A stretch of 63,761 nucleotides of DNA, filler included, from an uncultured Methanosarcinales archaeon (GTDB lineage: Archaea; Nanobdellota; Nanobdellia; Woesearchaeales; CAYXTQ01), in assembly GCA_964608065.1 (NCBI GenBank). It is 14 parts of 14 records of this genome, joined end to end, with 100 filler letters (N's around TTAATTAATTAA, not from the genome) between each part and the next. Parts side by side here need not be neighbours in the genome. Positions count along the whole stretch, not along the records: positions 6,196 to 11,424 come from CAZSMA010000090.1; positions 11,525 to 16,751 come from CAZSMA010000091.1; positions 16,852 to 21,886 come from CAZSMA010000092.1; 11 more parts are not named here. One strand, written 5' to 3'. Below the pieces are notes generated by a model. The model was not told the DNA's origin. It searched no databases and saw nothing but the letters and a program-made list of their open reading frames with translations. The translations under genes were made by a program, and so were the position numbers. Positions 9,792 through 19,480 of the stretch are shown here, piece by piece. Each line of letters begins with the position of its first letter. Within the stretch, counting starts at the first letter, position 1.

Positions 9792-9941
9792 ATGGCTGAA
9801 TGTAAAGAGAAAGAATGTGAAGAATGTGGGCAATCATTTGTATATTCTTATTTAGAAGCTGAAAAAAAGTATAGCGAGGCAAGTAATAAAAAGAAAAATT
9901 TATGTGAGGGTTGTAAAGAAAAAGCAGAAGGAGGATGTTAA
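9792..9941 (+). CDS. 49-aa zinc-ribbon protein (not in ORF track)
   Basis: MAECKEKECEECGQSFVYS...LCEGCKEK: two CxxC pairs; GGAGG RBS. Confidence 0.7.
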   Translation: MAECKEKECEECGQSFVYSYLEAEKKYSEASNKKKNLCEGCKEKAEGGC

Positions 9942-9976
9942 CTTTTTATATTACTCCAGCATAAGAATTATTTTTT

Positions 9977-11197
9977 TCAGTAACGTTTATCTCTTCCAAA
10001 ATTTCTTCTTGGACTTCCTTGATTATGTCTTCTTGGTCTTCCTTGGAATCCGTGTGATCTTGGGCTGTCAAAGCTTTTTGTTGCCAGTCTTTCTACGTGA
10101 GGTCTTTCCAGTTTTTCTATTTCAACATCATATTCTCTTAGGATTCTTGAGAAGTTATCATGGTCCTGTTCACAGAGGAGGTTTACTGCCCTGCCTTTTT
10201 CTCCTGCTCTAGCAGTTCTTCCTATCCTGTGGATGTATTGTTTACTTTCTTTTGGTAGATCATAATTGTATATATGTGATACTCCTGGTATGTCTAGTCC
10301 TCTTGCTGCAACATCTGTACAGACCAGAACCCATGCTTTCTTGGAGTGGAATTGGCTTAGCGCCCTGCTTCTTCTATCTTGTGAGTATCCTCCATGGATA
10401 GCGTGTGCATCAATCTTGTTTGCTTTTAGGTTCTTTGCTACAAAGTCTACGGTTGCTCTTGAATTGCAGAAAATCATGACCAAACCAGCCCTTTCATTAT
10501 TCAAAAGATGTACTAATAGTGAAAATTTTATGTTTTTTTGTATATCATAATAGACTTGTTTGAGTTTTTTAGGATCTACATAAGATTCTGCAGATATTTT
10601 GATAGGGTGATCCATGTAGCTCTCTGTTAATCTTCTTATTCCTTCTGGTATTGTAGCTGAGAAAAGTAATGTCTGTCTTTTTTCAGGACATTTCTGCATT
10701 ATTTTTTTAACATCATCTATGAATCCCATGTCAAGCATCCTGTCTGCTTCATCAAGAACAAGAGTTTTCACATGGCTTAGATCCAAAGTTCTTCTTTGAA
10801 GATGATCCAGTAGCCTTCCAGGCGTTCCTACAACAACATCAGCATTCCTTAATCTATGGATTTGAGGATTGATAGAAACACCACCGTAAACCTCAACTAT
10901 CTGTAGTGGTGTGTATTTTGAGAATAGCCTCAGGGCATCGTTTATCTGTTGTGCTAGTTCTCTTGTAGGTGTAAGTATCAAAGCTTGTATGCCTTTTCCT
11001 TGTTTAGAGTTCTGTATTATTCCTGCTCCAAATGCTAATGTTTTTCCTGATCCTGTTGCAGATCCGGCTATTACATCCTTTCCTTCGATAACTAAAGGAA
11101 TCGTTTTTTCCTGTATCTCACTAGGAACTTCGAACTTCTGTTCTTCTATGGTCCTTAGTATGGGTTCAGCAATACCCAATTTTTTGAAACTTTCCAT
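9977..11197 (-). CDS. DEAD-box RNA helicase
   Basis: Q motif, ATGSGKT, PTRELA, DEAD, SAT, ARGLD, HRIGRTAR. Confidence 0.97.
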   Translation of the reverse strand: MESFKKLGIAEPILRTIEEQKFEVPSEIQEKTIPLVIEGKDVIAGSATGSGKTLAFGAGIIQNSKQGKGIQALILTPTRELAQQINDALRLFSKYTPLQIVEVYGGVSINPQIHRLRNADVVVGTPGRLLDHLQRRTLDLSHVKTLVLDEADRMLDMGFIDDVKKIMQKCPEKRQTLLFSATIPEGIRRLTESYMDHPIKISAESYVDPKKLKQVYYDIQKNIKFSLLVHLLNNERAGLVMIFCNSRATVDFVAKNLKANKIDAHAIHGGYSQDRRSRALSQFHSKKAWVLVCTDVAARGLDIPGVSHIYNYDLPKESKQYIHRIGRTARAGEKGRAVNLLCEQDHDNFSRILREYDVEIEKLERPHVERLATKSFDSPRSHGFQGRPRRHNQGSPRRNFGRDKRY

Positions 11198-11291
11198 ATT
11201 GTTTTTAAGAAAAAGTTTTCGCTCTTTCCTATTCTACAATTATATATTCTCAATAACGCTTTATAAACCTTTGTGATAGGGGTTTTTGCCT

Positions 11292-11367
11292 ATTAGTGAG
11301 GTGTAAAGTAAAAATATAGTGTTAACTAATAGCATTAGAACTGACGTTTACTTTACACCTCACTAAT
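11292..11367. repeat. Perfect 21-bp inverted repeat with 34-bp spacer (MITE-like)
   Basis: ATTAGTGAGGTGTAAAGTAAA at 11292-11312; reverse complement at 11347-11367. Confidence 0.85.
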
Positions 11368-11524
11368 TCCTAAACTTTTGCGTTTTTTGTGCGAAAGTTT
11401 TAAGTAATTCTTTTGTTTGTTGGGNNNNNNNNNNNNNNNNNNNNNNNNNNNNNNNNNNNNNNNNNNNNTTAATTAATTAANNNNNNNNNNNNNNNNNNNN
11501 NNNNNNNNNNNNNNNNNNNNNNNN

Positions 11525-12315
11525 TTGATATCAGTTTTTTTCTCAAAAATATCTTCAATAAGAGATTTTTGCTTAAGCTTTTTTACATCTTTTATTTTAG
11601 AAAAATAATTCTTCAAACCATTTTTTATCTGGCTGGGAAGGTAAATTTGTATAACAACATCTCCAAATATCATGAGCTCACATGTTGAAGCGCAATTAAC
11701 ATTCGATTTTATATTGCATCCTATTGATCTGTAGAAATCAGCACACCATTTATCAATTAAAGTGTTCCCTGCGCATAAAATGTAAGTCTTGTGTCCTAAA
11801 TTTTTCAGTTTATTGATCCAATTATACTCCGCCCTCAAATAAAATAAAGGCCTCCATTCATGATTATGATGAATGCAAATAATTTCTTTTTTCTTAGAAC
11901 TTAAGATATAATGTTTTTGAAGATAGTAAAGATATTTTTCTACATCAAAAAAAGTTTCGAATGTAAGTATATTGATATTGCCTTCTTTTCTTGCATCCTT
12001 GATACCTTCAATAAGATTTAACCTGTTTTTTGTGTAGTAATTGGTCTCGACAACTTCTGTATAGCTATGCAAGTCTTTCAACCATTTTAGATCTATCTGG
12101 TAACCTTCTTTTTTCTTATCTAAGACTCCTTTATCATTAAGTTCGTTAACTGTTTTGTAAACTGCCTGATATGTAACGCTATACCCGTATTTCTTCTTTA
12201 TCAGATTATACAGTTTCTTTATTGTCAAAGGCCAATCATATCCTAGGATAGAAATAATATAGTCTTTTGTCGTCGATTTTTCTCCAAGCTGAGGTAATGT
12301 TAAATTCAAAGCCAT
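11525..12315 (-). CDS. wHTH transcriptional regulator with C-terminal sensor-like domain (3' truncated)
   Basis: WPLTIKKLYNLIKK...VTYQAVYKTVNELNDKGVL. Confidence 0.75.
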
Positions 12316-12358
12316 GGATATTTATCAGAAAGATTATCTTTTAAACATTTATATTCTG

Positions 12359-12393
12359 AACTAAATAGATTAAATTAACTAAACTATTTAGTT
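12359..12393. promoter_or_regulatory. Candidate operator between the divergent regulator and radical SAM genes
   Basis: AACTAAATAG-N15-CTATTTAGTT inverted repeat. Confidence 0.5.
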
Positions 12394-12459
12394 TACTTTT
12401 TTCTTAACTTCAATTTTATAACACCCAATCAACCGTCTAACAAAAAAGGAGAATCAAAA

Positions 12460-13323
12460 ATGAATTTGAAGTATGACAAAAAAAAGTGGAAAGAAATAGG
12501 GGCTAAACATGTGAATACTTTGCAGTTCTTCATAACCAACAAGTGCAACCTAAAATGTAAAGCTTGCTTCTATGCGCATAATATTGGCAAAGAAGAGATA
12601 TCATTTGAAGAATATAGGAGACATCTATCCAATCATATGAATAGGATAGATAAAGTTGTCTTGCTTGGGGGAGAACCTACATTATACAAAGATATTGTCA
12701 AGCTGATAGATTATAACACAAGAGTTGGTTTGAAAACAACAATTTACACAAATGGAGCAAACCTAAGTGTACTTGAAGGGGCAGACTTATCAAAAACTAA
12801 GATCAGACTTGGAGTATATGGAGCATACAAGAGCGAAAAACCTCTAGCAAAAGTACAAAAAACAAATGTTCCTGTAACTGTTGTCTACATGTTGAGAAAA
12901 AATAATGTGAATGAATTGATGAAAACAGCAAAGATGGCTGAAAAAAAATTTAATTGTAAATCTTTCTTCATATCAAGCATAAGGGATATAACACAAACAC
13001 AAGACTTCTGGAAAGACACAAAGGATACATTGTCATTTAAAGAATACTATAAAGTAGTTCAGGATTTTATCAAAAATTATGAAGGAACTTTAGAAAAGAT
13101 ACATGTCTCTAAGCGGACAGTAATCATACCAGGAAAAAAATTCAAGACCGTAAGCAAATGCAGATTCGGAAACATATTTCCTGACGGGAAAAAGATAATC
13201 TGTCCTTTGGATATCTCTAGAAAATTATATTCAAAGAAGCTAACTTTTGGAGAAAGACCATGCAATAAACATACTACATGTATAATGGCAAAAGTAGTAT
13301 TGCAAAAAAATGAAGCTGCCTAA
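12460..13323 (+). CDS. Radical SAM protein with Cys-containing (twitch/SPASM-like) C-terminus
   Basis: CNLKCKAC, GGEP, YTNG; CRFGNIFPDG..IICP...CNKHTTC. Confidence 0.9.
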   Translation: MNLKYDKKKWKEIGAKHVNTLQFFITNKCNLKCKACFYAHNIGKEEISFEEYRRHLSNHMNRIDKVVLLGGEPTLYKDIVKLIDYNTRVGLKTTIYTNGANLSVLEGADLSKTKIRLGVYGAYKSEKPLAKVQKTNVPVTVVYMLRKNNVNELMKTAKMAEKKFNCKSFFISSIRDITQTQDFWKDTKDTLSFKEYYKVVQDFIKNYEGTLEKIHVSKRTVIIPGKKFKTVSKCRFGNIFPDGKKIICPLDISRKLYSKKLTFGERPCNKHTTCIMAKVVLQKNEAA

Positions 13324-13352
13324 AACATTTGTATCAGAATAAATTTTAAAAA

Positions 13353-13886
13353 TTATTTTTTACCTTTGAGCTTTTCAACAACAGCCTTGTCAGAAATAAT
13401 CGCGGAGTTACCGCTAGGATCCTCAATAACAATCTTTAGAGGAATATCTCCCCATTTGACCTTCCTCATCTTCTTCAGAAGATTCTTGGCAGATTTCTTA
13501 ACACTATCATCTTCAGCAGTATCCCTCTGATATTCAATAATCTTCTCAAACCTGTTTAGAATACCTTCAACATTGCTAACGTAGCCTTCAGCAGCAGGAC
13601 CTGGACGCACATCCATTTTCATCTGAGGAACCTTAACCGTTGCCGATGAACTCTTGACAACTCTTACATTCAAATCTTTCTTATTTTCTATTGTGAAAGT
13701 GATCTTGACAGGATCTTTCAACTCTGCTGCTTCAACATCAGATACTTTATAATTACATTCAGAATTATCACAACTAGCGCTAAAGATAAAGACCTTTCCG
13801 AAGTAAGGAATATCAGTTTCTTCTTCAACCATAACCAAAGTCTTCTTATGGCAAAACGGACAAGGTTGTTTTTCTAATTTTTCCAT
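13353..13886 (-). CDS. zpr1: ZPR1 zinc-finger protein
   Basis: CPFC, IPYFG, DLNVRVVKS, NVEGIL, IEDPSGNSAI. Confidence 0.93.
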   Translation of the reverse strand: MEKLEKQPCPFCHKKTLVMVEEETDIPYFGKVFIFSASCDNSECNYKVSDVEAAELKDPVKITFTIENKKDLNVRVVKSSSATVKVPQMKMDVRPGPAAEGYVSNVEGILNRFEKIIEYQRDTAEDDSVKKSAKNLLKKMRKVKWGDIPLKIVIEDPSGNSAIISDKAVVEKLKGKK

Positions 13887-13925
13887 AAGAATTTAATTGT
13901 AATAAAAGGGTATATAAATTTTTTG

Positions 13926-14282
13926 TCAGACTTCCTGAACGCCATCTTTTGTTAAAGCAACAAGCCTTATACCAATACCAAGTTTGAGAACTGCAGAAAC
14001 CAAGGCTGTATGTTCCTTACCTGTTCCTGAAACAATGTTAATTCCGACTTCTGTACTCTGAACCTTCTCTTTTAATTTCTCATACATCTCATCTCTCAAC
14101 TCAATAATGCCTCTGCTAGCATCTATAACTATGAACTCTGCCTCTTTCTCAGGAGTAAAATTTTCCTTACCAAACTCATTAGTTATTAAGAACACCTTTT
14201 CCCATTCACCATCCTGGATTAGCCTAGAAACATGGCCCCAAGTGCCTTTACCTGTCGATAAACAAGCAATTAGTTCTGTCAT
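13926..14282 (-). CDS. Small Rossmann-fold protein, CARF-like
   Basis: LIACLSTG, KVFLIT and INIVSGTGKEHTALVSA resemble CARF strand/TGGxK motifs. Confidence 0.55.
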   Translation of the reverse strand: MTELIACLSTGKGTWGHVSRLIQDGEWEKVFLITNEFGKENFTPEKEAEFIVIDASRGIIELRDEMYEKLKEKVQSTEVGINIVSGTGKEHTALVSAVLKLGIGIRLVALTKDGVQEV

Positions 14283-14430
14283 GGTAAAAGAGAAAGAATT
14301 GTTGTTTAAATAATTTCTTGTTGTTTATTAGATAATTTTATATATTCTTCTTTTGTTATTACGTATTTAAACGGATTATTCAAAAGATAAGAGTATCTGT
14401 TTAATAATTGGATACTTTAAATATCAAGAA

Positions 14431-15246
14431 TCAAACTCCCTCTTTAAATCTTTGTTCATACCTTTTTTGATTAATTTTCTGTCTATTCAGTATTTTTTCT
14501 ACAGACTCGGTGTTTAAATTCCCAATTAAAATATCTCTCTTGTACTTATGGCTTACAGAATATACCTTTCCACTTGCAGCAACAATAAAATACGCTCCAT
14601 CTTGTTTTTTATTAGAAGGGGCATCAATTCTTAAATGTGGAAAATTATCTTTTAATTTTATGATTGCATTATTATACTCTCTATCTGAGATAGAATATAA
14701 TTCTTCATATTCTACAGCCCTATTTTCTGGACTGAATTGTAAACAAGTCCATAGTTTAATATTATACTTATCAACTATTTTTGCTATGTTTTTCAAAAAA
14801 AAGTAATTTTGCTTTGTTACAGCAGTATTAATTTTAATAGGTATTTTTTTCTTCTTACATGATTCAATAGCTTTAATCACATTATTGAAATGACCTTTAC
14901 AACCAACCATATTATCATGGATATCTTTAGAACCATAAAGAGGCAACCCAATTCTTACTACTTTACTTCTGAGAAAATCCAAAAGGGGCTCATGTAAGAG
15001 AAGAGCATTTGTATCTATAGCTAATTTTAAACCTAAAGAAATGGAATATTCAAATATCTCCCCCAAATCATTCCTTAAAGTGGGTTCCCCTCCAAAAACG
15101 AGAAGTTTAGGCTTTAGTTTTGCTAATTTTGTAAGTATTTTCTTTATTTTTGGCATTGGAATCGGTGGACCATTAAATTTAGCAAAGCAAAATTTACAAG
15201 CCATATTGCAATTATCCGTTAATTCCCAATGAACTGTTTGAAGCAT
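14431..15246 (-). CDS. Radical SAM protein, viperin-related
   Basis: CNMACKFCFA, GGEP, KINTAV, WTCLQF, ISDREY, SN...AYFIVAASG in viperin order. Confidence 0.8.
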   Translation of the reverse strand: MLQTVHWELTDNCNMACKFCFAKFNGPPIPMPKIKKILTKLAKLKPKLLVFGGEPTLRNDLGEIFEYSISLGLKLAIDTNALLLHEPLLDFLRSKVVRIGLPLYGSKDIHDNMVGCKGHFNNVIKAIESCKKKKIPIKINTAVTKQNYFFLKNIAKIVDKYNIKLWTCLQFSPENRAVEYEELYSISDREYNNAIIKLKDNFPHLRIDAPSNKKQDGAYFIVAASGKVYSVSHKYKRDILIGNLNTESVEKILNRQKINQKRYEQRFKEGV

Positions 15247-15758
15247 CCTTAAATCATAATTTATCTTCTTATAAACTTTACTTTACACTTCTATTGAACC
15301 CATGTATTTATACTGATTAGTTAAGAGAGATAAAGAGTTTTACCAAACCTAAAAATAAAATACACTTTATATATAACCTTGATATTATCCATATATAACT
15401 TGTACTTACAGGTTGAAAAGTTAGACCCTGATGTGACTTTATGTCATAATGTCGCTTGGGGTTAAAAAATAAAAGAAAAAAAGTGACACTAAAAATAAAG
15501 AGTGGTTGAATGAATAAGGCTGTACTCATCAAATTTTGATGTCTTAAGCCAAATCAAGAAAAATAGGCAAAGCGACTTTTTCTGTCATTTTGTAGTTTAG
15601 TAAAGAAAAGTCTTTGCGTTTATAAGTTTTATGCCTACTGTGAACCCTAAACCCTCAAAAAGCTTACCAACCTTACCTTTTTTGAAATTTTAAAATAGGC
15701 AGTTTTATAAACTTTCAATATTAACCTTACGGCTAAAGGCTATCTAAGGGGGTTAAAA

Positions 15759-16715
15759 ATGGTTGATTTAGAAAAAATAACAAATATTTTGGTTGAGAAT
15801 TCTAAAAAATTGAGAGGGATGAACACTATTGATATGTCTATGTTTCCAGGAGAAAAAGTTCCAGAAATCTATAATACTGCTGCTACAAAAGCTCTTGAAA
15901 AGAAAGATTATGATGCTGTTGGCACATTCTTATTTCACGGAAAACTTTGGGATAGGCTTCTTGAATTGGGGGATAAATTCTTCCATAGCGAAGATGAAAA
16001 AGAGAAAGAAGCCGGTAAACATTTTTTAGAACTTCTTATGTGCAATCATAAACTTCCTCAGGATATTGCTATTGAGCTTGCAGAGAATATTTTAGAGAAT
16101 GATGGACAATATTCCCGTTATATAGCAGTAAGGGCTCTTAATGCAGGGAGGGCATCAACCAAAGCAGAAGAAGTTGGGTACCAGTTTCTTGAAGAAGGAA
16201 ACTTTGAAGATGCTATGCAATTTTTAAGTCTCGAAGAAAAGGACCTTTCTGATGAAGAAGTTGAGAAATACGCTAAGAGTGCACTAGAAAATGGCAGATA
16301 TAAGGATGTTTTAGCGTTTCACCAATTTATAACTCTTGATATGCCAAAAGATAGAGCAAAAACTCTTATTGAATCTGAACCAAGACTGTTTGATGAAGTT
16401 TTTAAGTATATGGAAGAAATGGGGGGCCCATTCACTCCTGAAGAGACCAAAGAGTTCGCAGACCAGTTCTTTGAAGATTGTGATTATCAAAAGGCTTTAG
16501 AGATTTATGAAAAAGCAGGGGATTTGATTTCAGGAGATGACTACAAAATATTTGGGGAACAAATATTATCTTCAACAAAAGAAGTTGAAAGTCAGAGAAG
16601 CTCATACTCTCCCGGAACAGTATGGCCAACAGTAAGCATGGCATATGCTTATTTTTCAAAGAAATCTCCTAAAGAGGCAAAACAAACAATATCTAGTTAC
16701 CTGAGTTTGCCCTAG
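15759..16715 (+). CDS. Alpha-helical repeat hypothetical protein, possibly truncated by an IS
   Basis: Repeated YxxAxxxY/F helices; last codons lie within an IS-like terminus. Confidence 0.65.
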   Translation: MVDLEKITNILVENSKKLRGMNTIDMSMFPGEKVPEIYNTAATKALEKKDYDAVGTFLFHGKLWDRLLELGDKFFHSEDEKEKEAGKHFLELLMCNHKLPQDIAIELAENILENDGQYSRYIAVRALNAGRASTKAEEVGYQFLEEGNFEDAMQFLSLEEKDLSDEEVEKYAKSALENGRYKDVLAFHQFITLDMPKDRAKTLIESEPRLFDEVFKYMEEMGGPFTPEETKEFADQFFEDCDYQKALEIYEKAGDLISGDDYKIFGEQILSSTKEVESQRSSYSPGTVWPTVSMAYAYFSKKSPKEAKQTISSYLSLP

Positions 16716-16751
16716 TTTTTATACACTAGGTTTGAGAATTTTTTTATCCAC
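16702..16751. mobile_element. Possible IS terminus (IS3-like) at contig end
   Basis: TGAGTTTGCCCTAGTTTTTATACAC resembles TG...CCC...ACAC IS3-type IRs; sits at an assembly break. Confidence 0.35.
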
Positions 16752-17130
16752 NNNNNNNNNNNNNNNNNNNNNNNNNNNNNNNNNNNNNNNNNNNNTTAAT
16801 TAATTAANNNNNNNNNNNNNNNNNNNNNNNNNNNNNNNNNNNNNNNNNNNNTGATTTACTGACGCTGGCTTGATTTATAAATATTGTCGGGGTGGGAGTG
16901 ATGGATTGATTATATTCAAATAAATTTATCAATATCTCTCAATCTTTCAAACATTGCTTTTGTAATTGCAAAGCATAAATCATAAGTAAAATCTTCATTC
17001 ACTTCCTGCACAAAAATAAAAAAATAGGGACAGCATCATTTTTATTCATTTCTTCTATTCCTTTTTTTAGTCCTATGCCCCAACAACCTTGCAAGATTTA
17101 ATGTATTTTACTGTCGATAAAATGAAAAAA

Positions 17131-17158
17131 GCGCCCCCACCGAGATTCGAACTAGGGG
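17131..17158 (-). other. Isolated tRNA 3' fragment (att-like site)
   Basis: Minus strand CCTAG-TTCGAAT-CTCGG-TGGGGGC-G = T arm plus acceptor 3' strand; no 5' half present. Confidence 0.75.
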
Positions 17159-17329
17159 TTTGTTTTATACCAATTAGTAAAAGAGCAAATAATCAAGTGA
17201 TTATTTATTCCTTAAAGTTCCCATAATTCAAAGGAAAAATCTCAAAAAGTAGACTTGATATGTGTTCAATGAAATTGCGAGACAGCACTCTTTCCTACCC
17301 TCAAAAAAGAAATCTTTTTATACTATCTC

Positions 17330-18076
17330 TTGATTATATATGTTAAGATGAAACAAAAAATAATTTTGTCAATAGCAATTTTATCTTTGCTTAGTTTAGC
17401 TGTTTTTGTTTCTGCTGGAAAAGATATTATTTTTACTAATGGTCCAAATTGTGATGGGGAAACTATCTCTTTCGAAATAAAGTATATTGGGAATTCGTCT
17501 GTTTATGCTTCCAATCTCGCAGTTGGAGATGTTGAAAAGAAAGAAGGTGGAGATTATGTAAGGGGAATACATGGAACTTGGTCTAAGACTTTCTTAGAAG
17601 AGGACGATAAGTCAACATTTTCATCTTTTAGTATTGATAAAGAATACTATAAAATAAATGAAAGATACATTCTCTATATAGATTCAAATCAAGTTGATGG
17701 AGTATGGTCTGATGAAATAGGTTTTTATTGTTTAAATGATGATTTACATAAAGTTTATGAATGTGTTGATGGCAAATGGCTGAACACAGGAAAAGAAGCT
17801 TATTGTCGTGATACCAATAATAATCTTTATGTTAGTATTGGAGGAAGTGCCCATTGCCAACCTCCAACATATTCAAGTGTGACTAATGGTGTTTGGTGTT
17901 ATAATGAAGTACCTGAAGAAGTTATAGTTGTAGGAGAAGAGGAAGAAGAGAAACCCCAAATTCAAAATATGGGGGATAAAGAAGAAAGTAACCCATTAGT
18001 AGGATATATCATAATTGCTGTTGCGATTATTTTTGGATTTATAATCTTAGCAAAAGTTTTAGGTAAGAAAAAATAA
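17330..18076 (+). CDS. Secreted protein with C-terminal membrane anchor
   Basis: Signal peptide (likely start MKQK), acidic linker, TM helix + KKK. Confidence 0.75.
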   Translation: MIIYVKMKQKIILSIAILSLLSLAVFVSAGKDIIFTNGPNCDGETISFEIKYIGNSSVYASNLAVGDVEKKEGGDYVRGIHGTWSKTFLEEDDKSTFSSFSIDKEYYKINERYILYIDSNQVDGVWSDEIGFYCLNDDLHKVYECVDGKWLNTGKEAYCRDTNNNLYVSIGGSAHCQPPTYSSVTNGVWCYNEVPEEVIVVGEEEEEKPQIQNMGDKEESNPLVGYIIIAVAIIFGFIILAKVLGKKK

Positions 18077-18079
18077 AAC

Positions 18080-18250
18080 ATGTCATCATCAACAAATTTT
18101 GAGGAGTTAATAAAGATAGTAGGTTTTTTATCTGCAGGATATTTATTTTTACAAGTATTTCTTCCCCTTATTCAAAATTTGATAGCACAAGGTTTAGCTG
18201 GATTTATTCTTGTTGTAATAATGATATGGTGGTTGGCACAAAAAAATTAA
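18080..18250 (+). CDS. 56-aa two-TM protein (not in ORF track)
   Basis: MSSSTNFEELIKIVGFLSAGYLFLQVFLPLIQNLIAQGLAGFILVVIMIWWLAQKN, 3 nt after the upstream stop. Confidence 0.55.
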   Translation: MSSSTNFEELIKIVGFLSAGYLFLQVFLPLIQNLIAQGLAGFILVVIMIWWLAQKN

Positions 18251-18494
18251 CCCCAAAAAAATTATTTCATCTTCTTTTTTTAAAAAAGAAACAAAAAGCG
18301 CGCTCCAAAATCACAAAATACTAATATGCCCCACCGAAATGTGACAGAGCGTCTAATTCTTTAAAATTGTAAAAGAAAATAAGTGGGAAGACATAAACCG
18401 AAATTCACATCTTCCCTTACCTAACCGAAATTAGATAACCTTAACCGAAGTTAAGTGATATTAGGGGGGGATTAGCCTTTTTATATTTTAGCCT

Positions 18495-18716
18495 TTGGAA
18501 GAAGGGACAGAAATAAATCAGGCATTAATTGATTGGGCTGATATAATTTTTTTAATGGATTCAGAAAACCAAAGATTATTTTTTAAAAAATTTACAACAG
18601 ATAAGGAAATTATAGTTTTAGGTGTTGATAATACTTACTGCAGAAATGACCCTGAACTTGAAAAGGTTTTAAAAATTAAATTAAAGAATTGGGTAGTAGA
18701 TATAAACAAGGACTAA
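18495..18716 (+). pseudogene. C-terminal fragment of a low-molecular-weight protein-tyrosine phosphatase-like gene
   Basis: LIDWADIIFLM and LGVDNTY..NDPELEKVLK present; N-terminal CxxxxxRS loop absent. Confidence 0.6.
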
Positions 18717-18747
18717 TTGGTGGAATGAAGAATATAAAAAAGGGAAA

Positions 18748-18900
18748 ATGAAAGTCAAATATCCCTGTCAAAATTCCAAATGCAATGCAAAGTGGAGTAT
18801 AACTAAAGAAAATTTAGTTAATGGAAAATGTAAAAAATGTGGAACTCCCATAAATAAAATATTAGCTAAAAAACTTTTAATGTATGTTAATTTAAAATAA
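18748..18900 (+). CDS. 50-aa zinc-finger protein (not in ORF track)
   Basis: MKVKYPCQNSKCNAKW...GKCKKCGTPI. Confidence 0.55.
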   Translation: MKVKYPCQNSKCNAKWSITKENLVNGKCKKCGTPINKILAKKLLMYVNLK

Positions 18901-18942
18901 TTTTTGTTAGAATTATCACTCAATTCAATTTCTTCTCTCGGT

Positions 18943-19242
18943 TTATCTTTTCTCTAATTGCTTCAAGAACAAACTCGGCTCTACTTCTAAAACCCTTTTT
19001 AAAATTTCTTTTCCTAAATTAGTCATAGAAAATATCTTACCTTTTCTTAAATTAGGATTTTTACATTCAATTAACTTCATCTCTCCTAAATCTTTTATTA
19101 CTTCACTGATATGAGACGAAGATATATTTGCTTCTTTAGATAATTCAATAGGAGTTTTCATATTTTCCTTTAATATTTTTAAAACTTTAAATCTCCATTC
19201 ACTTGATTTTATCTTCCCTATTAATTCCCATTTATTTATCAT
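18943..19242 (-). CDS. ArsR/MarR-like wHTH regulator
   Basis: KTPIELSKEANISSSHISEVIKDL...RKGKIFSMTNLG. Confidence 0.85.
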   Translation of the reverse strand: MINKWELIGKIKSSEWRFKVLKILKENMKTPIELSKEANISSSHISEVIKDLGEMKLIECKNPNLRKGKIFSMTNLGKEILKRVLEVEPSLFLKQLEKR

Positions 19243-19480
19243 ATAAATTAGTAGAAACCTCTTTATTAATCCTTAACTCCTATTAATCACCTATTTATCA
19301 CCATTGTATTTAAAAAGGGCAAAATCTCTAATTTCTTAGAGGAGATGGCACCTCAGAAGCCTGATTCTGAATAAAAATAAAATGATAATTTCATATTCAA
19401 AAAAAAGATTTTCTTTCAATATTCATTATCCTTTAGGGATAATTCAAAATATAGATGAAAGGAGGTTTAAATAAAAAAAT

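Noticed and set aside
15317..15532. 71-aa ORF in the gap upstream of the viperin-like gene
   Set aside because: No motif or RBS and atypical composition; treated as non-coding
18396..18452. Possible mini CRISPR array
   Set aside because: Repeats only 10 bp, spacers too short and irregular, no cas genes; no CRISPR array seen anywhere in the window
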